A DNA stretch of 19,654 nt from Bacteriovoracaceae bacterium (GTDB lineage: Bacteria; Bdellovibrionota; Bacteriovoracia; Bacteriovoracales; Bacteriovoracaceae). Where the stretch lies: assembly GCA_049599895.1 (NCBI GenBank), contig JBMYPC010000053.1:1-19654 (forward strand), read 5' to 3'. The translations under genes and the position numbers were made by a program. Within the stretch, counting starts at the first letter, position 1. Each line of letters starts with the position of its first letter. A model generated the notes under the pieces. It worked only from the letters and a program-made list of their open reading frames with translations. It ran no database searches and was not told the origin of the DNA. Positions 1 to 7,111 of the stretch are shown in pieces.

Positions 1-1821
1 CCTGTTGAAAGACTTCATCGAATCAATGAAATTCTGACTCGCGAACTTGAAATTCTTTCCATGCAAGCGAAGATTCGCAACGTTACTAAAGATGAACTCT
101 CTCAAGGCCAAAAAGAAAACTATCTAAAAGAACAAATCAAGGCCATAAAAAGTGAACTCGGTGATACTGCTCCAGAAGGAGACGATGAGATCGCTGAGTT
201 TAGAACAAAGATTGAAAACTGCAAAATGCCAGAAGAAGCTAACAAAGAGGCATTAAAGCAACTTTCAAGACTTGAAAAAATGCATCCGGATTCCTCGGAG
301 TCAAGCATTACAAGAACTTATCTTGAATGGCTGACTGACATCCCGTGGACTCTTTGCTCTGAGGAGCATATTAATCTTGATCAGGCACTAGGTGTGCTTA
401 ATGAAGATCACTTTGATCTTAAAAAAGTAAAAGAAAGAATTCTCGAGCACCTTGCAGTGAGAAAGCTAAAAGGGAAAAAAGCTCGTGGACCAATCCTTTG
501 TTTTGCAGGACCTCCAGGAGTTGGGAAAACTTCACTTGGCAAGTCTATCGCCAAAGCCACAGGAAGAGAGTTTGTAAGAATCAGTCTTGGAGGTGTTAAA
601 GACGAAGCCGAGATTCGAGGACATAGACGAACCTATGTTGGTTCAATGCCAGGAAGATTTATTCAGGCTTTAAAACAAGCGAAAACAAATAACCCCGTCA
701 TTCTTCTTGATGAGGTTGATAAACTCGGTTCAGACTTTAAAGGTGACCCTTCAAGTGCACTTTTAGAAGTTCTCGATCCAGAACAAAATAATAACTTTCA
801 AGATCATTACATCAATGTGCCATTTGATCTTTCAAATGTGATGTTTATTGCCACATCAAACGTCATGGAAAATATTCCAGGGCCATTAAAAGACAGAATG
901 GAAGTGATTAATCTTTCTGGATATACACAAGAAGAGAAAGTCGCGATTTCAAAGAAACACCTGATTCCAAAGCAAATGGAAGAAACTGGAATTAGTGCAG
1001 ACAATATTGTTTGGACAGACGAAGGTCTCACTTCAGTTATTAAGCACTTCACTGCTGAAGCAGGTCTTAGAAACCTTGAAAGACAAATTGGATCTCTCTG
1101 CCGAAAAGTAGCGATGAAAGTTGCTCAAGGCTATGAAGATAAAACTCATATTAAGCCTCACACTGTTGAAGAACTTTTAGGACCTCCGGTCTATATTAAA
1201 GGTGAAGAAAGACAAGATGATGAAGTTGGTGTGGCCAACGGTCTTGCCTGGACATCAGCAGGTGGTGAAGTCCTCCATGTCGAAGGTTCAACAATGAAAG
1301 GAAAAGGCTTAACCCTTACCGGCCAACTCGGTGACGTCATGAAAGAATCTGCTCAAACAGCGATTGGATTTATTCGATCAAATGCAGATCTTCTTGGAAT
1401 TGATGCTAGTTTCTTTGAAGATAATGAAATTCACATTCATCTTCCAAGTGGAGCGATTCCAAAAGACGGACCAAGTGCTGGTATCACACTTGCCACGACG
1501 ATTCTTTCGTTAGCGCTAGACAAGCCAATCTTTAAAAACATCGCGATGACTGGTGAAATTACTCTTACGGGTAAAGTTCTTCCGGTTGGTGGGGTTAAAG
1601 AGAAGGCCTTGGCCGCTATGAGAATGAATATTTCTAAAGTCATCATCCCTCATCAAAATCAAAAAGACTTGGTTGAGATCTCAGATGAGTACAGAAAGAA
1701 GATTGAATTCATTCCCGTAAAGAATGTTCTTGAGGTCATTGAAATTGCTCTTGATGGATTTAAGTCTCCTGAGAAGAAGACGAATCCAAGCAATAAGAAT
1801 GTCCCACCAATGGCAGCCTAA
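1..1821 (+). CDS. lon: ATP-dependent Lon protease (5'-truncated by window edge)
   Basis: Frame is open from base 1 (PVERLHRINEILTRELEILS-MQAK...). Walker A GPPGVGKT, Walker B ILLDEVDK, RGHRRTYVG, catalytic Ser in PKDGPSAG and Lys in GGVKEK. Confidence 0.98.
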   Translation, partial: PVERLHRINEILTRELEILSMQAKIRNVTKDELSQGQKENYLKEQIKAIKSELGDTAPEGDDEIAEFRTKIENCKMPEEANKEALKQLSRLEKMHPDSSESSITRTYLEWLTDIPWTLCSEEHINLDQALGVLNEDHFDLKKVKERILEHLAVRKLKGKKARGPILCFAGPPGVGKTSLGKSIAKATGREFVRISLGGVKDEAEIRGHRRTYVGSMPGRFIQALKQAKTNNPVILLDEVDKLGSDFKGDPSSALLEVLDPEQNNNFQDHYINVPFDLSNVMFIATSNVMENIPGPLKDRMEVINLSGYTQEEKVAISKKHLIPKQMEETGISADNIVWTDEGLTSVIKHFTAEAGLRNLERQIGSLCRKVAMKVAQGYEDKTHIKPHTVEELLGPPVYIKGEERQDDEVGVANGLAWTSAGGEVLHVEGSTMKGKGLTLTGQLGDVMKESAQTAIGFIRSNADLLGIDASFFEDNEIHIHLPSGAIPKDGPSAGITLATTILSLALDKPIFKNIAMTGEITLTGKVLPVGGVKEKALAAMRMNISKVIIPHQNQKDLVEISDEYRKKIEFIPVKNVLEVIEIALDGFKSPEKKTNPSNKNVPPMAA

Positions 1822-1906
1822 GAAACCGTCTTACTTGGTTATTTGCGACACCGTTTTGAGTTGAAAAAACTCACAGCCCACTATTGTTTAAGTTTGTGCT
1901 TTATAC

Positions 1907-2002
1907 TAAAACCGCGAGGTTTTAAGCTTTCACTGAGCAGCAAAAGTGTCCAGCGGACAGTTTTGATGATTAGGAAATCTCTTTAAGCGTTAGCGCCCGG
2001 TC
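1907..2002 (+). repeat. Structured intergenic element, copy A (related to 16438-16492)
   Basis: Hairpin TAAAACC-GCGA-GGTTTTA (1907-1924), hairpin CAAAAgTGTCC-AGC-GGACAgTTTTG (1941-1965), stem TGATTAGG...CCCGGTCA. The 18-mer AAGCGTTAGCGCCCGGTC (1985-2002) is identical to 16475-16492. Confidence 0.75.
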
Positions 2003-2017
2003 AAACAACTCCCCCAC

Positions 2018-2047
2018 TTGAAAACATTTCCGGTAAAACGATATAAT
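2018..2047 (+). promoter_or_regulatory. sigma70-type promoter of the response regulator
   Basis: TTGAAA (2018-2023), 18 nt, TATAAT (2042-2047), 30 nt before ATG 2078. Confidence 0.65.
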
Positions 2048-2077
2048 ATTCAGAAGTTACAAAACTTAGAGAATAAT

Positions 2078-2497
2078 ATGTCTGAAAATGAACATCAACT
2101 TGAAAAGAAGAAATCAGTCTCATTAAAGATCATCGTCGTTGATGATTCAGAACTTTCAAGAACCACGATATCAAAAATATTAACTGAACAAGGTTACAAC
2201 GTTGTTGCCACCGCCTCCAGTGCAAAAGATGCGCTTAAACAACTTGGTAGTGTCGATTGCAATCTCTTTATCGTTGATGTGGTAATGCCTGAAGTTGGGG
2301 GAATTGACCTCGTTAAAACTCTTATCGACCAAGGCTTTAACTTTAAATACATTATGATTTCATCTCTTGATCTCGACAATGTTGTGATTGAGTCGATTAG
2401 TAGTGGGGCTACAGATTTTCTAAAAAAACCTTTTAGCTCAAAAGAGCTTCTCGACTCTGTTTCAAGAGTCGAAAAGATCATGATCGAGGAACTTTAA
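2078..2497 (+). CDS. Single-domain response regulator (CheY-like receiver)
   Basis: IIVVDDS acidic pocket, phospho-acceptor IVDVVMP, IMISS, FLKKPF; no output domain. Start moved to ATG 2078 because the TTG at 2018 coincides with the -35 box. Confidence 0.92.
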   Translation: MSENEHQLEKKKSVSLKIIVVDDSELSRTTISKILTEQGYNVVATASSAKDALKQLGSVDCNLFIVDVVMPEVGGIDLVKTLIDQGFNFKYIMISSLDLDNVVIESISSGATDFLKKPFSSKELLDSVSRVEKIMIEEL

Positions 2498-2529
2498 TCC
2501 TTATGTTTGGCTTAATTCTTGGAGGCCCA

Positions 2530-2871
2530 ATGCTTAAGTTTTTCTTTAAATTCACTCTTTCATTTGCGGTTAGCTTTCTCATTCTTAACGTTCCTGTTGG
2601 AAAAAAAGAAAAACTCTTCGATCTTATTAGCGAACATTTTGAAGTTGATTATGAAGGCATGTATGACGGAGCAAAGAAAGGCCTCTCCAAGGGGAAAGAC
2701 AAGGGTCTTGAGTTCTCAAAAGACCTTCTTGATAAAGTTCAAAAGTCTGGTGCAATTCAATCCAACTTAGAGAGTGAAAAGAAAAAGGTTTCACTTACTC
2801 CAACTGTTCAGGTTGAGCTTCATAAATATTCAAATGATGATGAAGAAGCAATAGACAAAATTCTGGAATAA
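2530..2871 (+). CDS. Hypothetical protein with N-terminal membrane anchor or signal
   Basis: GGAGG SD at 2521-2525 before ATG 2530. Hydrophobic N-terminus (FFFKFTLSFAVSFLILNV) followed by a charged region. Confidence 0.75.
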   Translation: MLKFFFKFTLSFAVSFLILNVPVGKKEKLFDLISEHFEVDYEGMYDGAKKGLSKGKDKGLEFSKDLLDKVQKSGAIQSNLESEKKKVSLTPTVQVELHKYSNDDEEAIDKILE

Positions 2872-2888
2872 GAAATTCATCATTCCCC

Positions 2889-2919
2889 AAAAGTGAAAAC
2901 CCAAGCCATTAGCTTGGGT
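2889..2919 (-). terminator. Intrinsic terminator of the 2977-3225 gene (possibly bidirectional)
   Basis: 8-bp stem ACCCAAGC-catta-GCTTGGGT (2899-2919); the minus strand continues TTTCACTTTT. Lies between convergent genes. Confidence 0.7.
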
Positions 2920-2976
2920 CCGCATTGATACCATTCGCAGGGGGGATAGCGATGATGTCACTGTATATTTTTATTA

Positions 2977-3225
2977 TTAAATATTATTTCCACCAACAGC
3001 TTGAGACCTGTGAGAGTCATCTGTTGTATTAGACTTGTTATTTGCTTTATCAGCAGCAACAACGTCTGCCTTTGCAAGATACTCAGTGCTTAGCTCTTCA
3101 TAAAGCTTCTCACACTTATCCACACCATGAGTCTCGTTACCACTAATAATGTCTGCTGCAGTAGTCATCTCTGCAAATACGTTAAAAGAAAAAACTAAAC
3201 TTAATAATACAATTGCCTTTTTCAT
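2977..3225 (-). CDS. Small Sec-secreted protein (82 aa), unknown function
   Basis: Signal peptide MKKAIVLLSLVFSFNVFA|E, upstream GGAGG, and its own predicted promoter and terminator. Confidence 0.85.
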   Translation of the reverse strand: MKKAIVLLSLVFSFNVFAEMTTAADIISGNETHGVDKCEKLYEELSTEYLAKADVVAADKANNKSNTTDDSHRSQAVGGNNI

Positions 3226-3275
3226 ATCCTGTCCTCCGTTTCTAAAACCTCTTTCAATTTGTTTGCTTTAATAGT

Positions 3276-3292
3276 TGCAGGATGGATGCCAA
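3276..3292 (-). promoter_or_regulatory. sigma54 (-24/-12) promoter of the 82-aa secreted protein gene
   Basis: Minus strand TTGGCATCCATCCTGCA gives exact GG-N10-GC spacing (consensus TGGCAC-N5-TTGC). IHF-like TTTCAATAACTTA at 3319-3331 lies just upstream. Confidence 0.65.
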
Positions 3293-3411
3293 AACCCATC
3301 CACCCCCCTCCCACTCACTTTCAATAACTTACCCCACCAAACTCCCAATCCCCCGACCAATCCCAAGTCACCCCCTTGGCACCTGTCCAAAAATTAGTCG
3401 AAAAGTGCCCA

Positions 3412-3434
3412 AAAAGTGCCAGGTACTTTTTAGA
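3412..3434. repeat. Left REP-like palindrome
   Basis: AAAAGTGCCAGGTACTTTT-TAGA is an imperfect palindrome and the exact reverse complement of 4084-4106. Confidence 0.88.
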
Positions 3435-3458
3435 TAATGTCAGAAACGAAATACATTG

Positions 3459-3471
3459 AATCAATGACTTA
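3459..3471. promoter_or_regulatory. Putative IHF-binding site
   Basis: AATCAATGACTTA matches WATCAANNNNTTR exactly; lies between the left REP and the transposase start. Confidence 0.45.
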
Positions 3472-3512
3472 GAAAGCTTCTTCTTGAGCTTGGAATAGGA
3501 TAGGTAGTCTAA

Positions 3513-4088
3513 ATGCCTAGAACACCATTAATTAGAACAAACTCCTCCCCTTATCATGTCGTCACCAGATCAAATAACCGAGATTGGTTTTCCCTTCCAA
3601 TGTATAAGGTCTGGTCAATCGCAAAACACTGCCTTCAAAAGGCCCATGAAAAGCATCCTTATAAACTCCATGCTTTCGTTCTCATGAGTAATCACTACCA
3701 TATGGTTATTCAGACACTTAATTATGACCTTGATAAGGTCATGTTTGAGTTCAATAGGAGATTCTCTTTAATTCTTAAGCATGAGTCTGGGCATATTAAT
3801 CGAAAGTTCGGCTCGAGATACAAATGGAGCCTAATTACTGAAGATCAGTACTTTATGAACGTTTTAAGGTATGTTTATCAAAATCCTCTTAGAGCGCGTA
3901 TCTGCAAGTCTTGCGAGCGCTATCCTTATAGTAGCCTTAATCAAGCCGCGAGAATCCCAATAAAAATGGAAAGACAAAAGCTTTCTTTAGAATGGTTAAA
4001 TGCTTATCTGCCTGAAAATGATGTTGAAATAACAAGAAAAGGCCTTAAAAGGCCTTTATATAGAAAAAATAAATCTGACTTTGTCTAA
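3513..4088 (+). CDS. rayT: REP-associated tyrosine transposase (RAYT; IS200-like Y1 HUH nuclease)
   Basis: MPR start, YHVVTRSNNR, HUH motif in FVLMSNHYH, FGSRYK, catalytic Tyr in YVYQNPLRA, YPYSS. Flanked by REP palindromes. Confidence 0.92.
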   Translation: MPRTPLIRTNSSPYHVVTRSNNRDWFSLPMYKVWSIAKHCLQKAHEKHPYKLHAFVLMSNHYHMVIQTLNYDLDKVMFEFNRRFSLILKHESGHINRKFGSRYKWSLITEDQYFMNVLRYVYQNPLRARICKSCERYPYSSLNQAARIPIKMERQKLSLEWLNAYLPENDVEITRKGLKRPLYRKNKSDFV

Positions 4089-4106
4089 AAAGTACCTGGC
4101 ACTTTT
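4084..4106. repeat. Right REP-like palindrome (contains the RAYT stop codon)
   Basis: TCTA-AAAAGTACCTGGCACTTTT; the TAA at 4086-4088 lies inside the repeat. Confidence 0.88.
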
Positions 4107-4115
4107 CGGAACCCT

Positions 4116-4328
4116 TTAGCCCGATAATCCTAATGACTTTGCTTTTGATCTAACGGCGTCGCACTCAGGAGTTGTCTTGCCTTTACACGCCTTCAACTGT
4201 GCTACAACCTGTGCCTTCTCATTCCCCCCTCTATTGAGAGTTTGGAACTGTCCATCATTTGGACAAGAAAATCCTGTTTGTGAAGTTCCTAGCATGATGA
4301 GCATTGTGAGTGATAAAAGCTTTTTCAT
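4116..4328 (-). CDS. Small secreted Cys-containing protein (70 aa); positional analogue of Bdellovibrio Hit/Bd0108
   Basis: Signal-like MKKLLSLTMLIMLGTSQTGFS, GAGGA SD, TATAAT at 4355-4360 (-). Directly downstream of the YD/Rhs gene at the end of the Tad cluster. Confidence 0.75.
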   Translation of the reverse strand: MKKLLSLTMLIMLGTSQTGFSCPNDGQFQTLNRGGNEKAQVVAQLKACKGKTTPECDAVRSKAKSLGLSG

Positions 4329-4408
4329 ATTCGTTCCTCATTTAATCTTCCTTAATTATACTTTCTTTTCTCTCTCACCCTTAAAACTCTGATCAAACTC
4401 ATTATTTC

Positions 4409-4466
4409 AAGGGCTTATCCTATCTACCCTATGACCACTTTCCTGGTCATAAAGCGCTAAGCCCTT
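4409..4466 (-). other. Nested stem-loop between the Rhs stop and the hit-like gene
   Basis: Outer stem AAGGGCTTA (4409-4417) / TAAGCCCTT (4458-4466); inner 8-bp hairpin TATGACCA-CTTTCC-TGGTCATA (4430-4451). No U-tract. Confidence 0.55.
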
Positions 4467-4468
4467 AA

Positions 4469-6094
4469 TTACAGGCTTAGATTCACCCCAGCTGGCTTCA
4501 CGATCGCAAGTAGCGATTGAAACGCCTGAGTCACCTGAATTGCCATTTTTTGTCCAGACTTAGAATCAACTTTCTTGATCTCACCATAGTTGTCATAAGC
4601 AACGTTGATTTTCCCAACACCACTCATCGCAATTTCAACTGGCTTTCCAAGTCCACCGTAAACAAAGCTAAGAGTCCTCTTTTTCTTTGTCTTTTTGCTG
4701 TAATCAACCATCTTTGTGATTCTTCCCTTACGATCGTAGAAAAGCATCACTGATTTTCCTTTACTACTAACGGCCTTTTGAAGGTTTCCTTTTTTGTCAT
4801 AATCAAAGCTTGTCCAGCCTTTCTTATTGGTGACCTTCGAGATCTTGTTAAACTTTTTGTGATACTCAAGCTCAACATACTCACCCTTAGTCGAAGTCTT
4901 CTTAGTAAGGAGACCTTTTTCATTGTAATCAAATTGAGTAACGTGCTTCCCCCTGGTAATTTTAAGAGGAAGAGAACAACACTCAGAGTAGATTGTTTCT
5001 GTTTTTACATTGTTAACTTCAGTATAGATCCTGTATGTATAAAGTGATCCGTCTGGTTTCGCTTTAATTTCATACTCATACTTATTTCGAACAGGCTTTC
5101 CTGTAATCGATTTCTTTGTAACATAAGTCCAGTAATGACGATCAGGGTTCTCAGGATTGTCACCATACTCATACTTTGTCGACTGACCATTTCTGCTGAT
5201 AATTTCTTTAACAAACTTTGTTTTGTCATCGTACTTGACCTGCATGTTAGTCTTATCAGTATAAGAGATCTTACTCATGTTGTAGTTTGTATCGTAACTG
5301 TACTCATAGATGTTTCCATCAATGTCTTTTGAATAGACAAGATTTACACCGTCGTACTTATAAAGAGTCTTTTTATCCCCTGCGGACCAGATATTCTTCA
5401 CTCTGCCATTGGCATACCAAGAAAGGAATAGCTGTTTTGCTTGAGAGTCTTTAATAGACTCAAGGTTTCCATCCTTTTTGTACTTAAGAGTTACCTTATA
5501 ACCATTTTTATTTACGATCTTTACAAGCTTTCCATCGTTATTAAAGAATTCTTGTTTTCCATCGTTATAAACTCTTTTATAACCCTCTTTAATCTTATGA
5601 ACTTGTTGAAGTCCTCTTTGATTTGAATAAAGAACTGTTCCAGTCGGAACAGAAGCAATGACATGATACTTTCGAGCATAGGCTTGTCTGAACTCTTGAT
5701 TGTTTTCAAGTTTTTTAAGAAGACTCTTAGCAACTTTGTCACTAACAGGAGCTCTCTTTCTCATCGCTTCTAGGATTTTCTTTGCAGCGTCTTTAGGGTT
5801 GATCGCTTTTTTAGGAGTAAATCGAGTATGAGCTCCAGCACCATTTTCATGAATGATTACTGAGCCATCCGCTGAAACTCTTAAGAAAGTTTCATAATCA
5901 CTTCCCCATCCAAGCCCAAACCATCCCATTTCGGGTGACTTTGAATTGTAGGTTCGAATAATTTCTAAATCATTACCTCCCCCCGGAACAACTATATCTG
6001 AATAAGAGACATAATAGTTTCCGTTTTTGAGGTTCACTCCCGCTGAAACTGCCAGTGAAAAAAGTGCAAGAAACAACCCTAAAAATACCTTCAT
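4469..6094 (-). CDS. Secreted YD-repeat/Rhs-family protein without toxin tip (Bd0109/WapA-like)
   Basis: Signal peptide; DUF6531-like VNLKNGNY...RTYNS...FGLGW; many YD-type repeats (YDKKGNL, YDRKGRI, YDNYGEI); no DPxG core end. Confidence 0.88.
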   Translation of the reverse strand: MKVFLGLFLALFSLAVSAGVNLKNGNYYVSYSDIVVPGGGNDLEIIRTYNSKSPEMGWFGLGWGSDYETFLRVSADGSVIIHENGAGAHTRFTPKKAINPKDAAKKILEAMRKRAPVSDKVAKSLLKKLENNQEFRQAYARKYHVIASVPTGTVLYSNQRGLQQVHKIKEGYKRVYNDGKQEFFNNDGKLVKIVNKNGYKVTLKYKKDGNLESIKDSQAKQLFLSWYANGRVKNIWSAGDKKTLYKYDGVNLVYSKDIDGNIYEYSYDTNYNMSKISYTDKTNMQVKYDDKTKFVKEIISRNGQSTKYEYGDNPENPDRHYWTYVTKKSITGKPVRNKYEYEIKAKPDGSLYTYRIYTEVNNVKTETIYSECCSLPLKITRGKHVTQFDYNEKGLLTKKTSTKGEYVELEYHKKFNKISKVTNKKGWTSFDYDKKGNLQKAVSSKGKSVMLFYDRKGRITKMVDYSKKTKKKRTLSFVYGGLGKPVEIAMSGVGKINVAYDNYGEIKKVDSKSGQKMAIQVTQAFQSLLAIVKPAGVNLSL

Positions 6095-6138
6095 AAGTCC
6101 TCTCCCTAAAGGGGCCTATAATAATAACTCTAGTTATT

Positions 6139-6165
6139 TTATCGGTTTGATAAAAAAATCCTTTA
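6139..6165 (-). promoter_or_regulatory. sigma28 (FliA) promoter of the YD/Rhs gene
   Basis: TAAA-N15-ACCGATAA versus consensus TAAA-N15-GCCGATAA. Confidence 0.8.
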
Positions 6166-6214
6166 ACTCAAAATCAATAAATCTAACCCTTTACATCCCT
6201 ATAAAATTAAATAC

Positions 6215-7108
6215 TTATATTTTTATATTCACAATTTTCAAAATAACGATAATCCCAATGAGGTCTAAAAGCAGTGCTGCAACCAAAAGAGCAATCCCAA
6301 CTGGATGAGTCACCATATTGAGCATTCCTTGTGGATCAGCAGCGGCATAAACCCCTGCCATTACAAAAGGCATGAGAGCAATCGTTATACCTTGAAACAT
6401 TCCTTGTGCCGTAAACGTATCAATTTTTTGTTGGAGCCTAATTCTTTCGCGAATAACTTCAACAATCGTATCGAAAACTTCTGCAAGGTTACCACCGGTT
6501 TCTCTTAAGATATTGACTGATGAAACAAACATTTCATTATCTTCAGTAGGGATTCTTTTTACTAAACTCTCAAAACATTCTTCTAAAGGAACACCAATTT
6601 TATTTTGTTGAAGAATACCATTAAACTCTTGTGAAACAGGTGGGGAAAGTTCATCAACAACCATTCCAATGGCCTGAGGAACAGAAAGCCCTGCACGAAT
6701 ACCGTTGGCCAGTAACTGAAGACCATCCACCATTTGATTTTGATAAGCTTTAATTCTTCTGGCCACCATAAAATTGATAATTGGTTTTGGTACTTTGAAA
6801 CCAAGAAACATCACAATCCCACCAAGCAAGACTCCGACTAACCACAGTCCAAAAGCTCCACAAAAAATAAGTGTTATCGCTCCTGAACCAACAGAAATCG
6901 AAAGGAGGAGATAAGTAATGTGTTCTTCTTTTACCTTTAAATGAAGAAACTCTAATTTCTCTAGAATATAACTTCGAGTACCAATGGTTTGATTTTCAAT
7001 CCAAACAAAAAGTTCTTTACTGTAACGAAAAGTGAGAACGAAAAACAAAAAGCCTATTAGACCAATTAAGCCTCGTTCCCCAATAAGATTTAAAAAGCCA
7101 ATCAACAT
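6215..7108 (-). CDS. tadB: Tad pilus inner-membrane platform protein TadB (T2SS-F family)
   Basis: DGLQLLANGIRAGLSVPQA and RETGGNLAEVF motifs, several TM segments, follows the Tad ATPase. Confidence 0.9.
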   Translation of the reverse strand: MLIGFLNLIGERGLIGLIGFLFFVLTFRYSKELFVWIENQTIGTRSYILEKLEFLHLKVKEEHITYLLLSISVGSGAITLIFCGAFGLWLVGVLLGGIVMFLGFKVPKPIINFMVARRIKAYQNQMVDGLQLLANGIRAGLSVPQAIGMVVDELSPPVSQEFNGILQQNKIGVPLEECFESLVKRIPTEDNEMFVSSVNILRETGGNLAEVFDTIVEVIRERIRLQQKIDTFTAQGMFQGITIALMPFVMAGVYAAADPQGMLNMVTHPVGIALLVAALLLDLIGIIVILKIVNIKI

Positions 7109-7111
7109 CTC

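Larger units (their letters stand above)
3412..4106. mobile_element. RAYT-REP unit: tyrosine transposase gene flanked by inverted REP palindromes
   Basis: A 23-bp perfect inverted repeat (3412-3434 and 4084-4106) encloses a Y1 HUH transposase gene. Confidence 0.8.

Noticed and set aside
1907..2002. Integron attC site or pistol/hammerhead ribozyme
   Set aside because: No RYYYAAC partner for the GTTAG, no integrase, and no CUGANGA/GAAA core or pistol P1 and pseudoknot.
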